Below, piece by piece: positions 18,282 through 27,108 of a DNA stretch of 46,131 nucleotides (position 1 is its first letter; the number at the start of each line of letters is the position of its first letter). The DNA lies in IMG/VR virus record IMGVR_UViG_3300048576_000591, positions 1 to 46,131 of that record; one strand, 5' to 3'. The notes below the pieces were generated by a model, which saw nothing but the letters and a program-made list of their open reading frames with translations, made no database searches and had not been told where the DNA came from. Both the position numbers and the translations under genes were made by a program. This stretch comes from a virus (taxonomy: Duplodnaviria; Caudoviricetes).

Positions 18282-19022
18282 TTAGGCGGGGTTGATGTCG
18301 ACTTTGACGATGTCGCCATTCCCGCCGGTGGTGGCGAATTGCGCACCCGGAATCCGGATGTGCGTCGCGGTCGACGTGTAGCGGCCCGTCGCCGGGTTCC
18401 AATACACATCGCCGCCATCCACGACGTTGGCACCCGCCATGACGTACATCGGCCCCTTCTTCATGAAGCCGCCGGTGAAGTACTGCGGGTACTTGTCGGG
18501 GTTGGTGGCGTCTGGCGGAACGGCCGGAGAGAGAACGGCCAGGCCAACGAAGCCCACATTCGCCGTATAGGTCACGTCGATGTAGAACATGTCGCCAGCG
18601 GTCGGGGTGCCGGCGCCGGTCACAGTGGCGGTGATGCCGTCGACCGTGAACGCGGTGCCGACGGCGCCGTGCCCAACGATGACGCCTTTCGGGTCATGGA
18701 TGACCAGGGCACCGGTCGCCGCGGTATTCAGTTGCGTCACGACGTAACGGCCCTGCTTCGCACCGGCTGCAACGGCTGGTGCCGCCGTGATGGTGGAGGT
18801 GCCGGTGTTTCCGGCAGCGGCCGAACCGGCTCCGGTCGCCGCAAACGCAGCACCGGCGATCACGCCGTTGTCGCCATTGCCGCGGAATGCGGGCTGACCG
18901 AACGCGATGCCAGCGGCAGATTCCACGGTTCGGCTCACGACCTCAGCGTGCTCGGTGCTGGCGATTTGACCGGGAAGGCCAATCGGCGCCTTCTCGGCGT
19001 AAGTGGTCTGATAAGTGGACAT
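18282..19022 (-). CDS. Capsid decoration/cement protein with an inserted Ala/Thr-rich domain
   Basis: IGLPG, IAFG and G.MYV motifs; between scaffold and capsid genes. Confidence 0.75.
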   Translation of the reverse strand: MSTYQTTYAEKAPIGLPGQIASTEHAEVVSRTVESAAGIAFGQPAFRGNGDNGVIAGAAFAATGAGSAAAGNTGTSTITAAPAVAAGAKQGRYVVTQLNTAATGALVIHDPKGVIVGHGAVGTAFTVDGITATVTGAGTPTAGDMFYIDVTYTANVGFVGLAVLSPAVPPDATNPDKYPQYFTGGFMKKGPMYVMAGANVVDGGDVYWNPATGRYTSTATHIRIPGAQFATTGGNGDIVKVDINPA

Positions 19023-19064
19023 GAATTCTATCCCTTCTTGTCCGGGGTTGTTCCGATTGGCTGG

Positions 19065-20240
19065 TTAGGCCGACTTCGGCAGGTAGGCGGACTGCATGTC
19101 CTTGATCATCTGATCGCGGGCATCGGTCACCTGCTTGTCGGCGTCCGGATTAGGCTGCTGGGTGCGGATCGCATCGCGCAGCGGGTCGGAACCGGCGGCC
19201 GTGGCATCCTTGGTGAGAGCCATGAACATGCCGGTGATGGTCGCGTCGCTCGCGTCCTTCACAGCGGCGTCGCCCATGACCTTCGTGACCACTGCCTTAC
19301 GGATGTCGGAATCCGAAATGCCATCGGTCTTGACGTCCTTGTCGAGAGCCTTCGCAGCCGTGATGACAGCCACGCGGCCCGCTACGAGCGCGTCGAGCTG
19401 AGCCGGCGTCGGGATTTTGTCCTCAGCCGTCTTCAGTTGACCTTTCAGCCTGCCAATTTCCGTGTCCTTCGTCGCGATCGCGGTGGTGTGAATCGCAGCG
19501 GCGTCAGTCGTGGCCTTCAGCGCATCGGTCAACTGCTTCTGCAGCCGATCGATCGCCTGGGCGCCCTGGTCAGTGGTGGAGATCGAGAAACCGTCAACCA
19601 CGACGGTCTTCAGATTGGCGTCGAGCGCCATGGTCGTGTCCCTTTCATTGAGAGGAAGCGCGAGTTGCCCGCGATCATCGGCTGCGCGCTGATCACCGAT
19701 GCGTGTGCTGCCGGCACGCGGGTTGTTGTCCGGCAGATAGGCGACATGGTTGAAGCGGATCGGTCCAACCTGTTTGAACTGGTAGTGAGTGCCGTCAGGC
19801 GCCACGCCATCGGCGGCGACGACGTTTGCCGTGTATCCGGCTGACAGCGAACGAGCTCCGCCAAGAACCTCCTGAACGGCGGCCGCATCCATAATCGCTG
19901 CCTGCGCGACGACGAATTCGCCATCCCTTCGAATGACGCCACCCATCTGCCCACGGGAAAGGGCCTTCCAGTTGTCGGCCTTGATGCCGTTGAGTGGGTG
20001 GTTGCGCGAAATGGGACGTCCTGCCAGCGAAAGCATGGACGCGCTGTCGAAAACGGCATCGGGATCGCGATAGACGCCGAACGGCTTGTTGGCATCATCA
20101 CCGGTGAGCCCGAGTTCGTAGCCGTAGTACTGCTGGACGTTCCCGCCCCGGGCCACCTTGGCGTCGCCGACAAGGTAGCCGTCGTTCGTGAGGCTGAGCC
20201 CCGACGCATCGAACGTCAGAGCGTCGAAGATTTCGACCAT
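19065..20240 (-). CDS. Prohead protease/scaffold (DUF2213)
   Basis: DGYL, HP, LSAGY, NHVA and RAG motifs; coiled-coil C-terminus; AGGAG RBS. Confidence 0.9.
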   Translation of the reverse strand: MVEIFDALTFDASGLSLTNDGYLVGDAKVARGGNVQQYYGYELGLTGDDANKPFGVYRDPDAVFDSASMLSLAGRPISRNHPLNGIKADNWKALSRGQMGGVIRRDGEFVVAQAAIMDAAAVQEVLGGARSLSAGYTANVVAADGVAPDGTHYQFKQVGPIRFNHVAYLPDNNPRAGSTRIGDQRAADDRGQLALPLNERDTTMALDANLKTVVVDGFSISTTDQGAQAIDRLQKQLTDALKATTDAAAIHTTAIATKDTEIGRLKGQLKTAEDKIPTPAQLDALVAGRVAVITAAKALDKDVKTDGISDSDIRKAVVTKVMGDAAVKDASDATITGMFMALTKDATAAGSDPLRDAIRTQQPNPDADKQVTDARDQMIKDMQSAYLPKSA

Positions 20241-20384
20241 AGTGATCTCCTGAAGGATTGCGGGGCTTCCCGACCTTTGGCGCAAATGATCGGGTGGATA
20301 CGACCCGGGCGAGGCACGCCAGCGATACGATCAGGTTCTGGGCATTGCAGCGGCGCCCGCCGACCGCTGGGGAGTTCGCCTCGC

Positions 20385-21224
20385 CTATTCTTCTTCGATG
20401 TCGACCACGGCCTGAGCCGTGCATCCGCAAAACGGCTTCATCTTCGGCTTGTCGTTGCGGATGGCTGGATCATCCCAGCGGTACCGCTTGCCATTCCGCG
20501 CCTTGTGCACAGGCCGGTAATGCAGCTTTCCCGAATGCCGCCACTGGAAAGTGTCGATTCCGGCTTGCTGCTGGCGCAGCTCATCAAGCGCGCCTGACAG
20601 CTTGTTGGTTTGGTCGACAGCGATCCGGCGGGCCCGTGCGCGCTGCCCTTCGATGACGGCGTTGATATGCTTCGCGATCTCGTTGCGCGGCGTCCGTGCC
20701 GCAATCCCTTGCCAAACGGCCTGACCGATCTGCTGGCGCATCACGTCCGAGACGTTGCGGATCAGGTCCGTGTTGCGCTGTACCGCCAGCGCTAGTTCCT
20801 CAGCGGCGTCCTGGCTCAGGATGACACCTTGCACTTTGATACCCGTTGCGCTCGCCACAGCCTGTTCGAAGCGGCCACGGTGCCAATTCTCGACACGTAC
20901 CGCCCAATGCCTTAAGGCGATCAACTTCGCGGCTACAACGCTGCCGGCGTGCGCATCTGATTGCGCCAGCGCAGCGCCGATCTGGTCCGCCTCTTCGTCA
21001 CGCGTAAGGCGATTGAGAGCGGCGGCATACGTCGGCAGGATCAAGGTCGCCGATTGATCACGCCAGGCGCGCACCACCGGTGCGTACTCGAGGTAAAGGG
21101 CATTTACCAAGGCGGGGGTCGGATCGATCGGGCGAAGAAGAACGTTCCTTTTCAAGCCCGTAGCGCGCGCCATGGTCGCCAAATTGTAGCGAAGATTTCC
21201 TCGGCTGGTGATCTCGATCGCCAT
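20385..21224 (-). CDS. Head morphogenesis protein (SPP1 gp7/Mu F)
   Basis: RARRIAVDQT, W.HS, R..H..RNG and CGC motifs. Confidence 0.9.
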   Translation of the reverse strand: MAIEITSRGNLRYNLATMARATGLKRNVLLRPIDPTPALVNALYLEYAPVVRAWRDQSATLILPTYAAALNRLTRDEEADQIGAALAQSDAHAGSVVAAKLIALRHWAVRVENWHRGRFEQAVASATGIKVQGVILSQDAAEELALAVQRNTDLIRNVSDVMRQQIGQAVWQGIAARTPRNEIAKHINAVIEGQRARARRIAVDQTNKLSGALDELRQQQAGIDTFQWRHSGKLHYRPVHKARNGKRYRWDDPAIRNDKPKMKPFCGCTAQAVVDIEEE

Positions 21225-21403
21225 GGGCTACCTTTCAGCCATGCCAGAAGACTGGACACCCGGCGAGCAGTTGCGGATCTGGGCGGCCGAAGCTCAGGCC
21301 AGGGCCTCGGCCATCGAGGACGGCATGTCTAAGCAGCACGCTGAGATGATCGGAAATACGGCCGCCGCAGTAATGAAGGCGGCGATCATAACCGACCGTG
21401 CGC

Positions 21404-23269
21404 TCACGCCTCCTCGATCGACGTCTCCCAATCGTTCTTGACCTCTTCGAAGATCTCCGGTCCGAAAACGATCTCCCCCGAGTAGGGTTTGACCTTCGCG
21501 AGATCCATATCTCTAGCGTCGTAGCTGATCGTGATGTGAGGCTGATACTCGGGCCAGTCCCACGACGCGCCAGCGTTGCGCTTGATGTCCTCGTGGCGCC
21601 ATGACAGCTCCGACGAGCTGAACAGCAGCACGACGGCTTTCCCATCAGCACCGAGACGCTCGATTAGGCGAGCTCCACCGGGTTTTATGGTCAGTTGGCC
21701 CTTGTCGTTCTCCGCCCAGGCGCTGCCGGCCTTCATCCAATCAACGGGCTGGCGCGAGAACGCGATCGTGACGTGCATGTCTCCGGCCGGGATGGTCTTG
21801 GTAAAGCCCTGCGCCTTCGCCCACGCGACTATATCGGCGGCGTTCAACACCTTGCGGCTGACGTAGAGCGTGCGAGGCTCGGCGTCCTTGGTTGGGCGCG
21901 GTTCGCCCCCTGCAGCACTCTGAACGGGCGCCGGCGGTGCGTTTGGATCGGGCTCGGCGGGCTCTTCCTCGATCGGCGCAATTTCGCCCGCCTTTTCGGC
22001 CTCGGCCATTGCCTCCTCGAGACCGGGATAGTCGCCGCTTTCGATTAGCTGGTTCTGGGTGGATTTGGCCAATGCCGATTCCGGGATCAATTGGCTGTTG
22101 ACGTAGATCTGCGTCGTCTGTGCCCGCTTGTACGAGATGTCGGCCCTATCCTTCTCGCTGAGCGGCCGGAGTTCGGGAAGCTCGTACCATAGATCCGGCG
22201 GATAGGCACCAAGTGCCGATCGAGCGATCACCTGGTCGGCCTTGTCGAGGGCCGGGCAAAGCTTCTCTTCCTGCTCGGACGAAACCTTGCTCTGGTAGTT
22301 GTCCATGTCGCCGTCGCCGGTCGAGTTGAGGCCACCAGGGCTCTGGCTGAGGAACCGCGTCACCGGGATGTCGCGCGCCGCCGATGCGATCGTCAGATAC
22401 TTCTGCAGGATCTCCGGCAACTGCGAGAAGTTGACCTGACGCTGCTCCCACTTTTCGTTGGCGTCCATGATCAGAGCGTTATGGACGGACTTCCCAACCG
22501 CGGCCACGGTAAGGCGACGAGAGAGGCGATCCTCGTATTCCTTCGTCCCGATCCGATCCATCAGTTCGGGAATCTGAATGATATCGATCTTGGCTTCGCG
22601 GATCAGCGCCGCGATTTCGGTTTGAGCCATCGCCGCGTTGAGAACAGCGTCATAGACAGACTGAAGGACGGGATCACCCCAACCGAGATTGGCAGTTTCG
22701 CTATCGGGGTCCGGCAACTCATTGCCCAGGAACCGCACGACGCGCGACGGATGGATGCGGACTGCACCGTTCACACCGGCCAAAGAGTACATCTTCGGCT
22801 CCATGAAGAACGGCGATTCCGGATCGCGATCGATGTCCTCGACGGTCAGCTGGTGACGGTTCACCACATGAATGTAGCGAAGCGAACCTTTACCGAGGTG
22901 TTTGAGGTCGAGTTCGTCTTGCGAGCTGCCTTGAGCGACGCCCATGATCATCGCCGCGCCGCCGTAGAGGTCGGCCAGACGCAACGCGCGACGGACACGC
23001 GCCTTCAGCTTTAGCGTTCGCTCGGTCTCCTCGAGCGCCTTGATGGCGGCTTTGTCCGTCTTCCACTCGCGCCATTCGCGCGTCATGTCGCCGGGGATGA
23101 TGTCGACCGATTTGCGCGCCACCCAATCGCACCGGTATGCGGCCTCGAGCTCAAGCTTCTGCAGGGGGCGAAGAACGAACCTGTCGGTAACGCCTTTATC
23201 CCTGCCGGGCACTCCCATCCCGGTGAGCACGTTGGCGAGGCCGTCCGCGAATTTGGACAGGAGCTTCAT
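21404..23269 (-). CDS. Portal protein (DUF1073) fused to a C-terminal Acb1-like 2H phosphoesterase
   Basis: DMTREW, YGGA, IHPSR, IPVTR..SPGGLNSTG portal motifs; acidic/Pro linker; C-terminal HVT...HIT domain. Confidence 0.9.
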   Translation of the reverse strand: MKLLSKFADGLANVLTGMGVPGRDKGVTDRFVLRPLQKLELEAAYRCDWVARKSVDIIPGDMTREWREWKTDKAAIKALEETERTLKLKARVRRALRLADLYGGAAMIMGVAQGSSQDELDLKHLGKGSLRYIHVVNRHQLTVEDIDRDPESPFFMEPKMYSLAGVNGAVRIHPSRVVRFLGNELPDPDSETANLGWGDPVLQSVYDAVLNAAMAQTEIAALIREAKIDIIQIPELMDRIGTKEYEDRLSRRLTVAAVGKSVHNALIMDANEKWEQRQVNFSQLPEILQKYLTIASAARDIPVTRFLSQSPGGLNSTGDGDMDNYQSKVSSEQEEKLCPALDKADQVIARSALGAYPPDLWYELPELRPLSEKDRADISYKRAQTTQIYVNSQLIPESALAKSTQNQLIESGDYPGLEEAMAEAEKAGEIAPIEEEPAEPDPNAPPAPVQSAAGGEPRPTKDAEPRTLYVSRKVLNAADIVAWAKAQGFTKTIPAGDMHVTIAFSRQPVDWMKAGSAWAENDKGQLTIKPGGARLIERLGADGKAVVLLFSSSELSWRHEDIKRNAGASWDWPEYQPHITISYDARDMDLAKVKPYSGEIVFGPEIFEEVKNDWETSIEEA

Positions 23270-23275
23270 GGTGCC

Positions 23276-24646
23276 TCACAGGTTGTCGAGGGTGTAGTTC
23301 GGGGCAGTGAGGAGCGCGTTGAACGCGCGGCTCGTGCTGTCGGCATCGTCGTCGTGGTCAGCCTCGGGGAAACCCTCGAGCTCGGTGAACCAGCGTTCGT
23401 TCCAAGAGCCTCGGAGCACGAGGACGTTTCCTGCTTCGGCCTGGGCGGAGAAGCCGCCGAAACGGGTGATCTTGTCGCCGCTCTCGGGCGTGGCCCGTAC
23501 GCGGTAGCCGGAAAGCAGTTTGATAAAGCCACCGACCTGATACTTTCCCGCCTGCCCCGGATCTTGCGGCAACGAGATCTCGACGCTGTGCCCGTCGGCC
23601 GACGCCGTGTTCTTGATCATCGTCTCAACGCCGGCGGGCGACTTTCGATCGAATGCGTGGTCGGCGACGATGTATCGACCGTCTGGAAGCTTTCCGACCT
23701 TGGTTCCGCACGTCCAGTCGGGGTCGTTGGATTCCGTCTTCGGCGTTCCGCCGAGGTCCCATCCACGAACCCAACGAACACCGGCCGGAACGGCATCAAC
23801 GACCGTGCACCAGGCGCGTTGGAAGTAGAGGCCGGCGGCGGGGCGGATCTTCCAGTTTCCACCGAGGAGGCGCTCGCGTTCGACCGTCGGCAGCGCCATG
23901 AGGTTGGCGCGATAGCCCGGATCTGCCGCCATCAAGGCGAGATTGTCGGTCAGCTTGGCCGGAATGAAGGTGACGGACTTCGGCGGCAGCGGAAGACCTG
24001 TCGTCGGATCGGTGTACTCGGCGAGATCCTGGGGGTGATCTGCCCATTTCAGTGTATCGCCGATGCGCACAAACCAGCGAAGAACGCCCGATCGTTCGGG
24101 GATGGGATATCCCGTCTCCTGGTTGATCCACCACGAAATGAATTCGGCAACCCAGCTGTCGGCGTCGGGATTGCATGTCGCCCGAATGTAAGGCCGGACG
24201 CCGCACATCGATCGGTTGCGGCTGACCATGTACCAGAACTGCTTCGCGCTGAAGTGGGTCAGCTCATCGAAGCATTCAAGCGGGATCTGGGCGCCCTGGT
24301 AGCCGAGCACGGTCTTGTCGTGCTCGAGGTGGGCCATTGTGACGGACGCGCCGCTTGGAAAGTCCCAGGTGAGGATGTGCTCCTTCGGACCGGCCGAAAG
24401 CAGCGGGTAGAGGTTGTTGCTCTCGTCCCATAGACCGCCCTCGTTTCGGATCTGCACCGTGGTGCGCCGAAAGAAGACAGCGCCGAACCCAGGATTCGAG
24501 ACGTGGCGCAGGGGCTCCATCAGGAGCGCCCAGGTTTTCCCTCCGCCGGCGGCGCCGCCGTAGATCGCAATGTCGGCCGGGCTGGACAGGAACGTCGTCT
24601 GCGGCCCCGGCTGAGGGCGTATGACCCTCTGATCAGCCCCGCCCAT
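23276..24646 (-). CDS. Terminase large subunit
   Basis: GGAAGGGKT Walker A; FDELTHF; TCNP; WDL and HDDDADS nuclease motifs. Confidence 0.95.
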   Translation of the reverse strand: MGGADQRVIRPQPGPQTTFLSSPADIAIYGGAAGGGKTWALLMEPLRHVSNPGFGAVFFRRTTVQIRNEGGLWDESNNLYPLLSAGPKEHILTWDFPSGASVTMAHLEHDKTVLGYQGAQIPLECFDELTHFSAKQFWYMVSRNRSMCGVRPYIRATCNPDADSWVAEFISWWINQETGYPIPERSGVLRWFVRIGDTLKWADHPQDLAEYTDPTTGLPLPPKSVTFIPAKLTDNLALMAADPGYRANLMALPTVERERLLGGNWKIRPAAGLYFQRAWCTVVDAVPAGVRWVRGWDLGGTPKTESNDPDWTCGTKVGKLPDGRYIVADHAFDRKSPAGVETMIKNTASADGHSVEISLPQDPGQAGKYQVGGFIKLLSGYRVRATPESGDKITRFGGFSAQAEAGNVLVLRGSWNERWFTELEGFPEADHDDDADSTSRAFNALLTAPNYTLDNL

Positions 24647-25115
24647 TATCCGGGAGCTGGAAAATCGTCACCGCGCTCGGAGGCGGCAAGTCCTTTCCAT
24701 CCTTTCCGGTCAGCTCGCGCTTGTTCGTGAACGCGTTGCCCATTTCCTTCGCCGCCTGTTCGAGGAGTTGAGCGGCAAGGCCGATGTTTCCCGACGATTC
24801 CGCCTTCTCGGCCATGCGCTGCAGGGCGCGAAGCCGGTACACCTGATGGCTGACGCCGATCGCCGCGGAATCCTCAAGGAAGGTCTTCCGGGTTTCGTTG
24901 AATAGGGCCCGCCACTTGTCCGCAATCTTGGCTCCGGCCCGCTTGTTCGGGTCGTAGACCTCCATCGCCTGGGGCGTGACGGTGATGCCGAATTCTTTCT
25001 TGACCGCGGCGGCCACGACGGACGGCGGGTCGAACATAGCCAAGCTTTGCACCACAAAGGTTTGAGCCTCCGGTGTCAGCTTTGGTCTGCCCCTGCCCCC
25101 TTGTTTCGGCATCAA
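24633..25115 (-). CDS. Terminase small subunit (DUF2280)
   Basis: FVVQSLA.FD.PS, LLEQAAKE.G and ELTGKDG motifs; upstream of TerL. Confidence 0.85.
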   Translation of the reverse strand: MMPKQGGRGRPKLTPEAQTFVVQSLAMFDPPSVVAAAVKKEFGITVTPQAMEVYDPNKRAGAKIADKWRALFNETRKTFLEDSAAIGVSHQVYRLRALQRMAEKAESSGNIGLAAQLLEQAAKEMGNAFTNKRELTGKDGKDLPPPSAVTIFQLPDNGRG

Positions 25116-25131
25116 TCCAACCTCAAGCTAA

Positions 25132-25767
25132 TTACGCAACTTTGTTGCATGTCCCGCAGGCACCAACGATCTGGGCCTCGGTGATCGTCGGGCGCTTCTT
25201 GGAGGCTTCGACCAGATCGAAAGTTCGACCGGCACTACGCCCTGCCCCGTACCTCTCAACAATGCCGACGAACTCTTCGACGTCATGCGATCGCATCGCG
25301 AATACCGGTCGACCGTCTTTCGTAAACCGGGGCTGGCCGAACTTGTTGAGCGCCTGGCCGCAGTGGAGGAGCTCATGCTCTACCGTCGCGCAGAACGTCC
25401 CGTCATCGCAGATTGCGGCATAGCCGGCATCGATGGAGATGATGAAGTCCGGCAGATCGCCGAACCATTCCCGAAGCTGCTGTTCTTGGCGGGCCCGGCG
25501 CCACTTGCCGCCCTGGAACATCGGTTGTTCAGCTTGACCGACGATGGCCACCATGCCCCGGCTGTTCGGCTCATAGGCCCAGAGCATGCCGATGCGCGCC
25601 GCCTTCAGGTGACGATGATCTGGGTTCTCGAGCGGAGCACCGTCGGCAATGAACGTTGATACCGCCCACTCGGCTAGGTCGATCGCCGGAATGAAGCTCG
25701 GTGGAACTTCGCCGTCCTCGAATTTACGCGGATGCGGGCGCAGCCGCAGGGTTGCGGCATTGGTCAT
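25132..25767 (-). CDS. Phage putative metallopeptidase
   Basis: HELLH (HExxH) and HDVEEF.GIV.RYG motifs. Confidence 0.85.
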   Translation of the reverse strand: MTNAATLRLRPHPRKFEDGEVPPSFIPAIDLAEWAVSTFIADGAPLENPDHRHLKAARIGMLWAYEPNSRGMVAIVGQAEQPMFQGGKWRRARQEQQLREWFGDLPDFIISIDAGYAAICDDGTFCATVEHELLHCGQALNKFGQPRFTKDGRPVFAMRSHDVEEFVGIVERYGAGRSAGRTFDLVEASKKRPTITEAQIVGACGTCNKVA

Positions 25768-25811
25768 CTGTTAACCCCCGCGACCTACAAAACGATGGAA
25801 GGAGATTCGTT

Positions 25812-25994
25812 ATGGACGAAAAACAGCACGAGACAATCGTTGCTGCCATCTTGACAGTGGCAAGCGCCCAGTCGGGGAGCATGACCCCGGCGAGCACCGT
25901 TAAGCGCTATCGCGACATTCTGACGGAGATCCGCCGGAACAGCGATGGCGTTCATTCTGACAGCACACAGGTCGCGAAGCCGAGCGTGCTCTAG
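25812..25994 (+). CDS. Small hypothetical protein in antisense orientation
   Basis: AAGGAGA RBS before ATG 25812; fills the gap between metallopeptidase and dam. Confidence 0.55.
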   Translation: MDEKQHETIVAAILTVASAQSGSMTPASTVKRYRDILTEIRRNSDGVHSDSTQVAKPSVL

Positions 25995-26793
25995 TTGTTC
26001 TGAACGATCAGCTCCTGCACCTTCTTGCTCCGCCCTCGGCCTGCCAAGCTGTAGTCGAGCGATTTCGTCCTGACTTTGAACCGGCCGAACACTTTTCGCG
26101 CCAGAGGGCAATCGTTCACGGTCAGGATGAACCGGCCGGCGATCGTCGCGAGTAGATCGGCGAGCCGCTGGAAATCAGCCTGCCCAAACATTCCGGCGCC
26201 GTAATAGTCCTCACTGCCGATGTAGGGCGGATCGATGAAGAACACCGTGCCGGCGCGGTCGTAGCGCTTGATCATGTCAGCGTAGGGAAGGCGCTCGCTC
26301 ACAACGCCGGCGAGCCTCTCGTGGTAGGCCTCAAGCTCGGGGACGATCCGTGGATATCGAACGTCCCGCGCTCGCCCGGCGACACACCGAAATTCCGTCC
26401 GTTGACCTTTCCGCCGAACGCCGTCTTTTGGAGATAGAAGAACCGGGCGGCCCGCTGAAGGTCCGTCAACATCGACGGATCGGTATTGACCAGGCGCTCA
26501 AACTCGGTACGCGTCGTGATCTGCCAGCGCAGCATCTCGACAAATGCGGCGTAGTGAACCTGCAGGACGCGAAATAGGGTCGAAACGTCCTGCGACCAGT
26601 CGTTGATGACCTCCGACCTAGGACGCGATTTCCGACGGAAGAACACCCCTCCCATACCAACGAAAGGTTCGGCGTAGGTGGTGTGCGGCACTTTGTCGAT
26701 TAGGTCGATCAACGTCGACGCCAGAAGCCTTTTACCTCCCACGTAGGGTGCCAGACCCTTAAGCGGGACAATCTGCTCATACTCCTCAGACAC
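25991..26793 (-). pseudogene. dam: DNA adenine methylase (D12/Dam class) split by a frameshift near 26352
   Basis: N-part has PYVGGK and EPFVGMGGV; C-part has DPPY; the -1 frame reads RIVPELEAYHERLAGVV straight into the second ORF. Confidence 0.8.
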
Positions 26794-26809
26794 GACTCAC
26801 ATTCCTTTG

Positions 26810-26913
26810 CCCGTCGCCGGTGCACCCGGTGGCGGGATGATCGCAAGGCGATCGATTGCGGTTATGCGAGTGCAAGCTCGCAGCTCAGAGCGTTGCCGCG
26901 CTCTGGGCCCCGC
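26810..26913 (+). ncRNA. Candidate structured RNA upstream of and antisense to dam (C4/CI-like architecture)
   Basis: Hairpins 26810-26836, 26839-26853, 26865-26882 and 26883-26908; closing GCGG/CCGC; G-U pairs favour the + strand. Confidence 0.5.
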
Positions 26914-27108
26914 CTATTCTCGGCGAGGAATAGACTGCTGAAATTCTGCGCCGCCGCCCGCGCACCCAATGGGCGGATCTATCGGCGGCGCAAGGCGCTT
27001 AGGAGAAGGCGGAGCCGTTTTGCCCGATCCATCGGGCGCGGGAGAGGCGCTTGGCAATCCCGCTATCGGTACGACCCTTCTGTCACTGCGCCGAAAACTA
27101 TGCAGATC

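Noticed and set aside
17778-19844. 688-aa plus-strand ORF and other long antisense ORFs (10804-11898, 23354-24433, 36810-37934)
   Set aside because: Shadow frames of GC-rich genes that have clear family motifs on the opposite strand
26299-26440. Programmed -1 frameshift in dam
   Set aside because: No canonical slippery heptamer at the inferred switch point; C CAA AAG upstream would disrupt the conserved AFGGK..NFG segment
26810-26913. SAM/SAH riboswitch or tRNA upstream of dam
   Set aside because: I could not match SAM-II, SAM/SAH or SAH consensus elements, nor a T-loop or CCA; kept only as an unclassified structured RNA
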